A stretch of 64,000 nt of DNA, taken from contig OZ250169.1 in assembly GCA_965237955.1 (NCBI GenBank), forward strand, positions 5,248,001 to 5,312,000. The letters run 5' to 3'. The DNA is from Candidatus Marinacidobacterales bacterium (GTDB taxonomy: Bacteria; Acidobacteriota; Vicinamibacteria; Marinacidobacterales; SMYC01). A program made the position numbers and the translations under genes. Shown one piece after another: positions 1 to 8,704 of this stretch. Position 1 is the first letter of the stretch. Every line of letters starts with the position of its first letter. The notes beneath the pieces were generated by a model. That model searched no databases. It was not told the DNA's origin and saw only the letters and a program-made list of their open reading frames with translations.

Positions 1-299
1 AGTGCGCCAGTGCTATGCAGCAGTTCTTGACGCACGTTAACGGAAATGGGCGGCGCGTTGAGAGCCCGTATAACCACCAGATGGCGTCGGACGTGGCCTC
101 ACCCTTCGGGTAGCATGGCTGGCGAAATGGGGGTCAAAACCTTTGCGGAACGCTGTGCCAATGGAGGACATCCAGAATGCGACGCAGATCTTTGCCGTAG
201 TGACCGACGGGAGTTTCATTGACTGTCGAGAGTTCGATGGCCTACTGGAGGCAGCGAAGCAACATCGAGCAAGTGAAGCGAAGAATTGAGGTCAGAGCG

Positions 300-323
300 G
301 CCTAACTCTGAATTCGAGCGGAC
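300..323 (+). other. attC-like left arm (possible integron cassette recombination site remnant)
   Basis: GCCTAAC (RYYYAAC), 5 bp, ATTCGAGC, GGAC, lying 10 bp after a TGA at 287-289; no convincing matching right arm. Confidence 0.3.
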
Positions 324-574
324 GGCACCGAGGCTTCGTGAAGAGCCAAAATCTCCGGAAGAAAAATCGTGGGTTCGCCCATATCCTGGCATCGAATAGT
401 GGAGTTAGATTCACGAATTCTCCAAACGCCTGTATGCGCGATGCCAGACAGCGAGCGAGGGGAGATGAGAGAGTGAAAGAAATCACGACTTGTTTTCATC
501 CTCTCGGGGATATTGGTGCTCAGTTTCTCGTTCTCTGGCGTGGGTATCGCCTCCGCGGAGGCAGCCGTGAGGCT

Positions 575-997
575 TCACGGATGCGTGGAATCATCCACGG
601 TGAAAGCGACCTCTTGGCCATAGGCCACCTCGAGCGTGTGCCCCGTCGGGATCCTCGATCAGGGCCCATTGCCCACGGGGGGGCCGGAGTCTTTCGGGCC
701 GATTAGCAGCCGGCCTTGCTCGTCAGCTACCCGGCACAGCCGATCGACCTCTTCTCGGCTCGCACAGCCCACGCCCAGGTGTGCATCGGGGCGCAGGGCG
801 TGTTCGACCTTCTTTCTCTCCAACAGAACCAACACGAACGGTCGCGTATGGTCGGTCAACCACACAACGCCAAGGCGTTCCGTCTCATCGACCCTCCGAT
901 GAACGACTTTCATCGACGCGAAGGTTTCGTAGAAGCTGATGCTTGCATCCAGGTCGGTGCAGGGAAGAGCGATGTGAGTCAGTCCGATGTCCGGCAT
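575..997 (-). pseudogene. VOC/glyoxalase family protein, two indels near the 3' end
   Basis: MPDIGLTHIALPCTDLDASISFY...HLGVGCASREEVD; the expected C-terminus WALIEDPDG-HTLEVAYGQ is recovered by frame switches at about 670 and 642. Confidence 0.75.
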
Positions 998-1120
998 GCA
1001 CTCACAAAGTAGTCGCAATGGAGGTGGGCGCAAGCAAGAAGAGAGATCATGGGGTGGGCCGCCGACGAGCGTTCCTCGATAACCGGTTACTCTGACACGT
1101 ATTCCGGAATGGGGCATGAT

Positions 1121-1202
1121 AAGGTTCAGCGGACGGGAACCAAGATCAGCTACCGTCGCGACAGGGCTAACGGCTTCCATCAGGTGTCCCAGCTGTAACC
1201 TT
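1121..1202. repeat. Imperfect inverted repeat, attC-like hairpin
   Basis: AAGGTTCAGC...GCTGTAACCTT with one extra base in the right arm, plus an internal partial stem. Confidence 0.35.
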
Positions 1203-1290
1203 GCGAATCCGATGATGTGAGTCGACATCCTGCGAGTCCAGCTCATTCATACTTCCAAGCCTCTTTCTATTGGGCTCGAGGGGAGGACTC

Positions 1291-1786
1291 ATGAGTGTTT
1301 GGATTCGTCGGATTGTGTTGATCGTTTCCATCGGCCCGTTGCTCGTCAGCTGTCAGAGGGCCGCAGAACCTGTCGCTGAGCCAACCGCCGCGAGCGGCTC
1401 GGTGCAGGAGGGGAGTTGTTGAACCTGTTGGACGAGTTCCCAAAGCGTGGAATCGGCACGACCTCGATGCGCTGATGTCGATGATGACCGAAGACTGTGT
1501 GTTCGAGCTTCAGGTGGTGATGTCGGCCGATGGCACGCGCTACGAAGGACAGGAGACGGTGCGAGCGTCGCTCGCTTCCGTTTTTGAACGATTTCCCGAT
1601 GCGCACGGGGGCGACGCTCAGCATGTCGTTTCGGGCGATCGCGGCTTCTGTCAATGGACGTTCACCGGCACACTTGAGGACGGACGACGAGTGGAAGTCA
1701 ATGGCTGCGATCTCTTGACGCTTCGAGACGGAAAGATTGCCGTGAAGAACTCGTACCGGAAGAATCGACCGCCGTTCGAATCGTGA
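1291..1786 (+). pseudogene. SnoaL-like/NTF2 family protein with lipoprotein-type signal, frameshifted
   Basis: GGAGGA RBS then MSVWIRRIVLIVSIGPLLVSC; indels at about 1412 and 1440, then AWNRHDLDALMSMMTEDCVF...QWTFTGT...NGCDLLTLRDGKIAVKNSYRK. Confidence 0.7.
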
Positions 1787-1799
1787 GGGAGATGTCAGC

Positions 1800-2215
1800 G
1801 TGTCTACAACGATCATTCCGACATTGCGGTATCGCGACGCAGCGGCAGCCATCGAGTTTCTGTGCAACGCGTTCGGTTTCGAGAAGCTGCTCGTGGACCC
1901 GGTGAGAACGGCACTATTGCTCATGCGCAGCTCACGTACGGAAACGGTATGATCATGCTCGGCTCGTCTCGTGACGATGACTTCGACAAGCTGCAGAAAC
2001 CGCCGGGCGACGTCGGCGGGGTCGGAACCCAGAGTCCTTACGTCATTGTCGCGGACGCCGATGTGCACTACCGTCAGGCCGTGGATGCGGGGGCTGAGAT
2101 CGTCGTGGACATCGCTGACCAGGACCACGGTGGTCGAATGTACTCGTGTCGGGACCCCGAAGGCCACCTGTGGAACTTCGGCACGTACGATCCGTGGCTA
2201 AGTGAACACGTCTAG
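1800..2215 (+). pseudogene. VOC/glyoxalase (PhnB-like) protein, one frameshift
   Basis: GTG-STTIIPTLRYRDAAAAIEFLCNAFGFE, shift at about 1897, then HAQLTYGNGMIMLGS...RDPEGHLWNFGTYDP. Confidence 0.75.
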
Positions 2216-2218
2216 ACG

Positions 2219-2821
2219 TTGACTTCATCCTTGCTCGAGATCGAAGGACTCCGGTATCTCGATCGTGGTCCTGTCGACCTCGTCATCGAGCCGGGTGAGT
2301 GCGTTGCGGTCATGGGAGCGTCGGGCGCGGGCAAGACGCTCTTGTTGCGAGCGCTCGCGGACCTCGATCCGCACGAGGGGAGGGTGTGTCTCGACTCTCT
2401 GGTGTGCGCCGAGATGCCCGGGCCGGAATGGCGCCGCAAAGTCGGGATGCTCCCAGCCGAGAGCGCGTGGTGGGTAGACACGGTGGCGCCGCACTTCCCG
2501 AAAGGTTATTCCGGTGAAGCGCTAGCACCGTACGGCTTCGAGCCCGACGCGTTGTCGTGGAGTGTGCAGCGGCTCTCGACCGGCGAGCGCCAGCGTCTCG
2601 CCATCGCGCGGCTTCTCGCCCGCACCCCGAAAGCGCTCTTACTGGATGAGCCGACCGGGAGTCTCGACCCGGACAACGTCGAGCGGATGGAGCACTTGCT
2701 GGCGCAGTACCGTGAGGACCGCGGTGCACCTGTGCTGTGGGTCAGCCACGATCCCGACCAGGCGAAGCGCGTCGCGACGCGTCACCTCACACTGCGCGAC
2801 GGGCGGCTGGTGGAGACCTGA
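2219..2821 (+). CDS. fetA: ABC transporter ATP-binding protein, FetA/YbbL-like
   Basis: Walker A GASGAGKT, LSTGERQR, LLLDEPT, WVSHD; coupled to a UPF0014 permease. Confidence 0.75.
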   Translation: MTSSLLEIEGLRYLDRGPVDLVIEPGECVAVMGASGAGKTLLLRALADLDPHEGRVCLDSLVCAEMPGPEWRRKVGMLPAESAWWVDTVAPHFPKGYSGEALAPYGFEPDALSWSVQRLSTGERQRLAIARLLARTPKALLLDEPTGSLDPDNVERMEHLLAQYREDRGAPVLWVSHDPDQAKRVATRHLTLRDGRLVET

Positions 2822-3621
2822 TGAGCATGATGGGAGCCATCTCGCTCACGCCGCTCGATCTCGCTCTGGCGGCAACGCTCGTGGTAGCGCTCGCGATTTT
2901 GAGCTACGCCGCGTCGCTCGGCCTCACGCGTCAGGTACTCATTTCCGCCGCTCGCACGACAGTGCAGTTGCTGCTCGTAGGTCTCGTGTTGCGAGCTCTT
3001 TTCCAAAGTGAAGGATGGCTGTGGCTTTTTGGCATCGCGTCCGTCATGTTGCTCGTCGCCGGGAGAGAAGTGCTGGCGCGGCAAGCCCGTCCGCTCGCGG
3101 GCGGTTGGGGGTTCTCGGTTGGGACGCTGTCGATGTTCATCTCGGCGTTCTCGATCACGGTGTTCGCGCTCGTGCTCATCATTGGCGCAACGCCTTGGTA
3201 TTTGCCTCAGTATGCGATCCCTCTTCTCGGTATGCTTCTCGGCAACACGATGAACGGTGTCGCCCTGGGGATGGGACGGTTCACCGAGACCGCGCATCGT
3301 GAGCGGCCGGTCATCGAGGGTCGACTGTTGCTGGGTCAAACCCGCGAGGAAGCGACGTCCGACTTGCGCCGAGAGAGCGTGCGCACCGGCATGGTTCCCA
3401 TTCTCAACGCGATGGCGGCGGCCGGGATCGTGAGCCTGCCGGGCATAATGACTGGCCAGATACTCGCCGGAAGCGCACCGGTCGAAGCGGTGAAGTATCA
3501 GATCTTGATCATGTTCCTCATCGCGGCGGGGACCGGCTTCGGTGTGGTGTTTTCGGTGTGGCTGACCGCGCGACGTCTGTTCGACGAGCGTCATCGTCTC
3601 CGCCTCGATCGCCTCCGTTGA
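2821..3621 (+). CDS. fetB: Iron export ABC permease FetB/YbbM (UPF0014)
   Basis: RTTVQLLLVG, PQYAIPLLGMLLGNTMN, GIVSLPGIMTGQILAG, AVKYQILIMF motifs. Confidence 0.85.
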   Translation: MSMMGAISLTPLDLALAATLVVALAILSYAASLGLTRQVLISAARTTVQLLLVGLVLRALFQSEGWLWLFGIASVMLLVAGREVLARQARPLAGGWGFSVGTLSMFISAFSITVFALVLIIGATPWYLPQYAIPLLGMLLGNTMNGVALGMGRFTETAHRERPVIEGRLLLGQTREEATSDLRRESVRTGMVPILNAMAAAGIVSLPGIMTGQILAGSAPVEAVKYQILIMFLIAAGTGFGVVFSVWLTARRLFDERHRLRLDRLR

Positions 3622-4574
3622 GTACAATCGACGGCGTGGAAGCCGCCATCTGCTGTAGCGACCTTCGGAAGACGTACGCCGCGAAGCCGCCGGTGGAAGC
3701 GCTCGTCGGAATCGACCTGAGCGTGCGTTGCGGCGAATGCTTCGGCCTTCTTGGCCCGAACGGCGCGGGTAAGACCACCACGATCGAGATTCTCGAGGGT
3801 TTGCTCGATGCGTCGTCGGGCGACGTCGAGCTCCTCGGGATGACGTGGGGCAAAGACGACGACGCGATCAGGCATCGCATCGGCATCTCGCTCCAAGAGA
3901 CCGAGCTCGCCGAAAAGCTCTCCGTTCGTGAAACGCTCACGCTGTTTCGGAGCTTCTACCGCAAAGGAATTTCCGCGGATGACGCGATCGCTCTCGTGTC
4001 GCTCGAAGAAAAGGCAGGAAGCTGGGTCGGTAAGCTTTCGGGAGGCCAGAAGCAACGGCTCGCGGTGGCGTCCGCGCTCGTCGGTGATCCGGAGGTGCTG
4101 TTCATGGACGAGCCCACGACGGGACTCGACCCGCAGTCGCGCCGCCAGCTCTGGGGCATCATTCGAGATTTTCGCAGCCGCGGCCGCACGGTGCTTCTGA
4201 CGACGCACTACATGGACGAGGCCGAGCGACTATGTGATCGCGTCGCCATCGTCGATCACGGCAAAGTCATCGCTCTGGGCTCCCCGCGGGAGCTCATCGC
4301 CGGACTCGGAGGCGAGCACGTGATCGAGTTCTCGCTCGACGGCGAAACGGCGGAAGACGGGTTCAACGTTTTGCCAGGAGTCAACTCGGTGGTGCGGGAA
4401 GAGGAAACATTCCGTCTCACGGTGTCGGCGCCTCACGTTACCGTGCCTGCGCTCATGTCGAAACTTTCGGACGCCGCGCTCGAGCTTACGAGCTTGACGA
4501 CTCGGCACGCAAGTCTCGAGGACGTCTTCGTATCGCTCACCGGCCGCCATCTGCGGGATGATGCCGATGTCTGA
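3618..4574 (+). CDS. ABC-2 type exporter ATP-binding subunit
   Basis: GPNGAGKTT, LSGGQKQR, DEPTTGLDP, TTHYMDEAERLCDR; exact start uncertain. Confidence 0.9.
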   Translation: MSTIDGVEAAICCSDLRKTYAAKPPVEALVGIDLSVRCGECFGLLGPNGAGKTTTIEILEGLLDASSGDVELLGMTWGKDDDAIRHRIGISLQETELAEKLSVRETLTLFRSFYRKGISADDAIALVSLEEKAGSWVGKLSGGQKQRLAVASALVGDPEVLFMDEPTTGLDPQSRRQLWGIIRDFRSRGRTVLLTTHYMDEAERLCDRVAIVDHGKVIALGSPRELIAGLGGEHVIEFSLDGETAEDGFNVLPGVNSVVREEETFRLTVSAPHVTVPALMSKLSDAALELTSLTTRHASLEDVFVSLTGRHLRDDADV

Positions 4575-5616
4575 TAACAAGAGCCCGCTCGGCCAACTCA
4601 TCATCAATCGTATTCGAGAGTTCTATCGAGAACCGGCGGTGCTCTTTTGGGTCTATGGCTTCCCGATTCTTCTCGCGGTGGGGCTCGGCGTCGCTTTTCG
4701 CGAGCAGCCATCAGAGAGAGTCGTCGTCGACGTTCAGCGGGTCGAGAGAAGTGGCGAAGTGTTGTCTGTTCTCGAAGCCGACGAGCGCTTCGTGGTGTCC
4801 GAGTGCGACGAGGATGAATGCCGTCGCCGACTCCGCACCGGTAAGACCGCTATCGTCGTCGTTGTCTCGGGTGTCGAAGATCTCGCGATCGAATATCTGT
4901 TCGACCCGACGCGACCCGAGAGTGTCTTGGCCCGGCGCATCGTCGACGATGCGGTGCAAGCCGCGAACGGACGGGTCGACGCGGTGCTCGCAACCGACGT
5001 TCACTTCAGCGAGCCGGGTGCTCGGTACATCGATTTTCTGATTCCTGGCATCATCGGGATGAACCTCATGGGCGGAGGGCTTTGGGGTGTCGGTTTCGTC
5101 GTCGTCGACATGCGGATTCGAAAACTCCTCAAACGATTCATCGCGACGCCGATGAAGAAAAGCGATTTCATGATCGCGGTGATGGTCAGCCGCATGTTGT
5201 TCTTGATTCCCGAGATCATCATCGTTTTGTTGTTTGCCCGGTGGGCGTTCGGGGTCGTCGTCCACGGAAACCTCGTTGCCCTGGGCGCGGTGATCACGTT
5301 GGGCGCGGTCGCGTTTTCTGGAATCGGACTTCTCGTGGCGAGCCGGGCGCAGAAGCTCGAGACCGTGTCGGGCTTGATGAACCTCGTGATGTTGCCGATG
5401 TGGCTCGTGAGCGGAATTTTCTTTTCCTACGAACGATTCCCTGATGCCGCGATTTCCGTGATCCGCGCTCTGCCGCTGACGCCGCTGAACGACGCGCTGC
5501 GCGCCGTGATGCTCGACGGGTCGGGGCTCGGCTCGCTCGGCATCGAGTTGGTGACTCTCGCCGCCTACGCCGTGATTACGTTCGCGCTCGCTTTGAAGTG
5601 GTTTCGGTGGATCTAA
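4567..5616 (+). CDS. ABC-2 type exporter permease
   Basis: YIDFLIPGIIGM, multiple TM segments, SGIFFS and LPLT motifs; overlaps the ATPase stop. Confidence 0.85.
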   Translation: MSDNKSPLGQLIINRIREFYREPAVLFWVYGFPILLAVGLGVAFREQPSERVVVDVQRVERSGEVLSVLEADERFVVSECDEDECRRRLRTGKTAIVVVVSGVEDLAIEYLFDPTRPESVLARRIVDDAVQAANGRVDAVLATDVHFSEPGARYIDFLIPGIIGMNLMGGGLWGVGFVVVDMRIRKLLKRFIATPMKKSDFMIAVMVSRMLFLIPEIIIVLLFARWAFGVVVHGNLVALGAVITLGAVAFSGIGLLVASRAQKLETVSGLMNLVMLPMWLVSGIFFSYERFPDAAISVIRALPLTPLNDALRAVMLDGSGLGSLGIELVTLAAYAVITFALALKWFRWI

Positions 5617-5624
5617 TTCGTTGC

Positions 5625-5640
5625 GCCATCGGCCATCAGC
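5625..5640 (+). repeat. 16-bp heptamer-based intergenic motif GCCATCGGCCATCAGC (copy 1)
   Basis: Same or near-identical motif at about 26485, 27890, 27971 and 39547. Confidence 0.6.
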
Positions 5641-5673
5641 TCCTTAGACCTCGACGCCGTGCCCGAGTAGGAG

Positions 5674-5988
5674 GTGACCGTGTATCTCTATCTCACGACC
5701 AAGGGTCGGAAGACGGGTCGGGACCGCGAGATCGAGATCTGGTTCACCGAGCTCGAGGGACGCTATTACCTGATCTCTGAAAAGCGGGACGAGGCTCATT
5801 GGGTGCAGAATCTCAGACGGGAGCGGCGCGTTCGTTTCCGTGTCGGCGACAAGCAGTACGCGGGGATGGCGCACCCTCTGGATGGGGCGGAGGACGCCGA
5901 CCTTGCTGAGCGCGTTCGACGATTATCTGATGCAAAATATGGCTGGAGTGCGGGACTCGTAGTGGAGCTGAGGCCGGATCGACGCTAA
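5674..5988 (+). CDS. Nitroreductase/deazaflavin-dependent oxidoreductase family (Ddn-like split barrel)
   Basis: [17 protein letters not shown] and WVQNL motifs; GGAGG RBS. Confidence 0.75.
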   Translation: MTVYLYLTTKGRKTGRDREIEIWFTELEGRYYLISEKRDEAHWVQNLRRERRVRFRVGDKQYAGMAHPLDGAEDADLAERVRRLSDAKYGWSAGLVVELRPDRR

Positions 5989-6038
5989 GATGCGTCACCG
6001 GCGGGGTCATCGAGAATAGGGAAGAATCGAAAGGCGAG

Positions 6039-6611
6039 ATGGCCACAACCTACAGCAACAATCAATTCCGTTCAGGCCTCAAAGTGCTTCTGGACGGCGA
6101 TCCTTGCGTCATGATCGAAGTCGAGTTCGTCAAGCCCGGCAAGGGCCAGGCTTTCACGCGGGTCAAGTATCGAAATCTCAAAACCGGGCGTGTTCTCGAA
6201 AAGACGTTCAAATCGAGCGAGGGCGCCGAGGCTGCCGACGTCGTCGACACGAAGATGCAATACCTCTACAATGACGGCGAGTTCTGGCACTTCATGGACC
6301 CGAACAGCTACGAGCAGTATCAAGCCGACGAGGCCGCGATGACCGATGCGTCCAAGTGGCTCAAGGAAGAAGCGGAGTGCTCGGTCACGCTCTACAACGA
6401 CGCGATCATCCAGGTCACGCCGCCGATGTTCGTCGAGCTCAAGGTCGTGGAGACCGAGCCCGGCATCCGCGGTGACACCGCGGGTTCCGGCGGCAAGACC
6501 GCTACGCTTGAGACCGGCACGGTCGTTCGCGTACCTCTCTTCGTCAACGAAGGCGAGACGCTCAAGCTCGACACCCGCACTGGCGAGTACGTCAGCCGCA
6601 TCAAAGAGTGA
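6039..6611 (+). CDS. efp: Elongation factor P
   Basis: [36 protein letters not shown]. Confidence 0.98.
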   Translation: MATTYSNNQFRSGLKVLLDGDPCVMIEVEFVKPGKGQAFTRVKYRNLKTGRVLEKTFKSSEGAEAADVVDTKMQYLYNDGEFWHFMDPNSYEQYQADEAAMTDASKWLKEEAECSVTLYNDAIIQVTPPMFVELKVVETEPGIRGDTAGSGGKTATLETGTVVRVPLFVNEGETLKLDTRTGEYVSRIKE

Positions 6612-7555
6612 GTCGCGAGCTCTGTTGGCAGCCCACTGCGCCACTCGAGGCGCTGCGCCTCCGGGCTGAGCTCCTCGCTCGCATCCGCGGCTTCTTCGAA
6701 ACCCGCGGCGTCCTCGAGGTCGAAACACCCGTTCTCGGTCACGCGACGGTAACGGACCCATATATCGAAAGCATCCGAGCGGGGAATCTGTTTCTCCAGA
6801 CCTCGCCCGAGTATGCGATGAAGCGCCTCCTGGCGGCGGGCTCCGGCCCCATTTTCCAAATCTGCAAAGCCTTCCGGGCTGCGGAGAGCGGCTCGCGCCA
6901 CAACCCCGAGTTCACCATGCTCGAGTGGTACCGGCCCGGTTTCGACCACCATGATCTCATGGACGAGGTGGACCTCCTTCTTAAGAAGGTAGTCGGCGCG
7001 GGTGACGCCGAACGTGAAACCTATGAGGGTCTTTTCCAACACCATGTGGGAGCAAACCCTCACCGAGCGGATGCGGCCGAGCTCGAGCGCGCGGGACGCG
7101 CCCACGGGGTAACGGTTTCGGCGAGCTCGTCGCTCTCGCGGGAAGACTGGCTGAACCTGCTGATGGCGCAAGTGATCGAGCCGAAACTCGGGCAGAAAGT
7201 GCCGGTGTTCGTCTACGACTACCCGGCCGATCTAGCCGCGCTCGCCCGAATCCGTCCGGGCGACCCCGCGGTGGCGGAGCGTTTCGAGGTCTATTTTCGG
7301 GGAACGGAACTTGCAAACGGCTACCACGAGCTTACGGACGCTCGCGAACAGCGTGAGCGCTTCAGGCGCGATGTCGAGAAGCGGCGCGCGTTGGGCTACG
7401 ACGATGTCGAGCCCGACGAGCGGCTTCTCAGGGCGCTCGAGGCGGGAGTCCCGGCTTCGGCCGGAGTCGCTCTCGGAGTCGATCGCCTGGTCATGATCGC
7501 GGCTTCGGCGCACTCGTTGCGCGACGTTCTGAGCTTTTCTAGTGACAGGGCCTGA
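6608..7555 (+). CDS. epmA: EF-P lysine aminoacylase EpmA (GenX/PoxA)
   Basis: [46 protein letters not shown]; overlaps the efp stop. Confidence 0.95.
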   Translation: MSRELCWQPTAPLEALRLRAELLARIRGFFETRGVLEVETPVLGHATVTDPYIESIRAGNLFLQTSPEYAMKRLLAAGSGPIFQICKAFRAAESGSRHNPEFTMLEWYRPGFDHHDLMDEVDLLLKKVVGAGDAERETYEGLFQHHVGANPHRADAAELERAGRAHGVTVSASSSLSREDWLNLLMAQVIEPKLGQKVPVFVYDYPADLAALARIRPGDPAVAERFEVYFRGTELANGYHELTDAREQRERFRRDVEKRRALGYDDVEPDERLLRALEAGVPASAGVALGVDRLVMIAASAHSLRDVLSFSSDRA

Positions 7556-7584
7556 AGTCTTGTCCGCCTCGTTCTTCCAAGCTC

Positions 7585-8559
7585 ATGAAGCCGTTTGCGA
7601 ACATACTCGTCGTTGTTGGTGTCGCGTCCGCGCTTGCTGGCGCGAGCGCAGTGTGCGCGGAGACGGTTCACTTCACCGATGGAACACGCATGGAAGTGGC
7701 AAGCTACGAGATTCGCGACAATGTCGTGATTCTCTTGACCTCGGACGGGAAACTGCGGTCGGTTCCGAGAAGCTACGTCGATTTGGACGCGCTTGTCGAC
7801 AAAGAAGCGTTGGTCGCCGAAGCCATCGAGCTCATGGGGCTTCGTCGCCTCACCGACGAGATCGCATCCTCAGCGCGACAGGCCGCCGCGGGAATCGACG
7901 AAGGCTCTCCCACATCGAAGATGCTGGTCGACGCGATGTCGGAAGGCTTCGCGTCCGAGCGCATCTACCGAGTCGCCGAGGAGACCTTTCGCGAGAAAGC
8001 GACCGGCGTGCGCCTCGGCGCCGCTCTCGAATGGCTGCGCTCGCCCTTCGCGCGCCGAATGGAGCGCGCCGAGTCGAGCGGGACTCGAGACTCGCTCGAT
8101 AGCTACATCGCGGGGCTCGAGTCGGCGCCGCCGTCAGGGGATCGAGTCGAGCTTCTTCTTCGTCTCGACCACGCGAGCGGTACCAGTGACGCCGCGGTGG
8201 AGATGCAGGTCGCGATGATGAAGGCGCTGCTCCAAGGTATGTATCTTTCGGGACAGGCGGGGCCGGCAGGACAGGCGGGGCCGGGCGCCGACCACGCGAT
8301 TGAGCAAGCGGTCGAACAGGCGCGGCCCAAGCTTCGACGGAAGACGCGCAACCGAATCCAGTTGTCGCTGCATTTCATGTATCGCGATGTGTCCGACGAC
8401 GAGCTCGCGCAATACCTTGCTTACCTCGAGTCTGAAGACGGCGAGTGGCTCAGGCGGGTGCTTCTGAAGGCGCTGTTTGCGGCGATGGAAGAAGGAGCGC
8501 GGCGGTCGGGCGAGGTGTTGGCGGAGCGTTTGACGGAGCTTACGAAGTTGCAGGTCTAG
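7585..8559 (+). CDS. Secreted hypothetical protein (helical C-terminus, possibly DUF2059-like)
   Basis: Signal peptide, 324 aa ORF with host-like codon usage; internal 18-bp duplication encoding GQAGPAGQAGPG. Confidence 0.6.
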   Translation: MKPFANILVVVGVASALAGASAVCAETVHFTDGTRMEVASYEIRDNVVILLTSDGKLRSVPRSYVDLDALVDKEALVAEAIELMGLRRLTDEIASSARQAAAGIDEGSPTSKMLVDAMSEGFASERIYRVAEETFREKATGVRLGAALEWLRSPFARRMERAESSGTRDSLDSYIAGLESAPPSGDRVELLLRLDHASGTSDAAVEMQVAMMKALLQGMYLSGQAGPAGQAGPGADHAIEQAVEQARPKLRRKTRNRIQLSLHFMYRDVSDDELAQYLAYLESEDGEWLRRVLLKALFAAMEEGARRSGEVLAERLTELTKLQV

Positions 8560-8606
8560 CTGCCCTTCGGACAGACGATCGCGTCAATCGCGCTTCGTTT
8601 GTAGCG

Positions 8607-8671
8607 CCCCCCTCACCCGATGGCGCTTCGCGCCATCTCCGTGAAACTCTCTCCCCCCGTGGGGGGAGAGG
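8607..8671 (+). repeat. REP-like structured intergenic element (copy 1)
   Basis: CCCCCTCACC-hairpin-CTCCGTGAAACTCTCTCCCC-hairpin-GGGGAGAGG; the same scaffold is on the minus strand at 39410-39498. Confidence 0.65.
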
Positions 8672-8704
8672 ACAGGGGCGGGGAGAACGGTGTAGACTTC
8701 GGCC

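Noticed and set aside
1-289. Possible gene end at the window start
   Set aside because: All plus-strand frames contain stops and no family is recognisable
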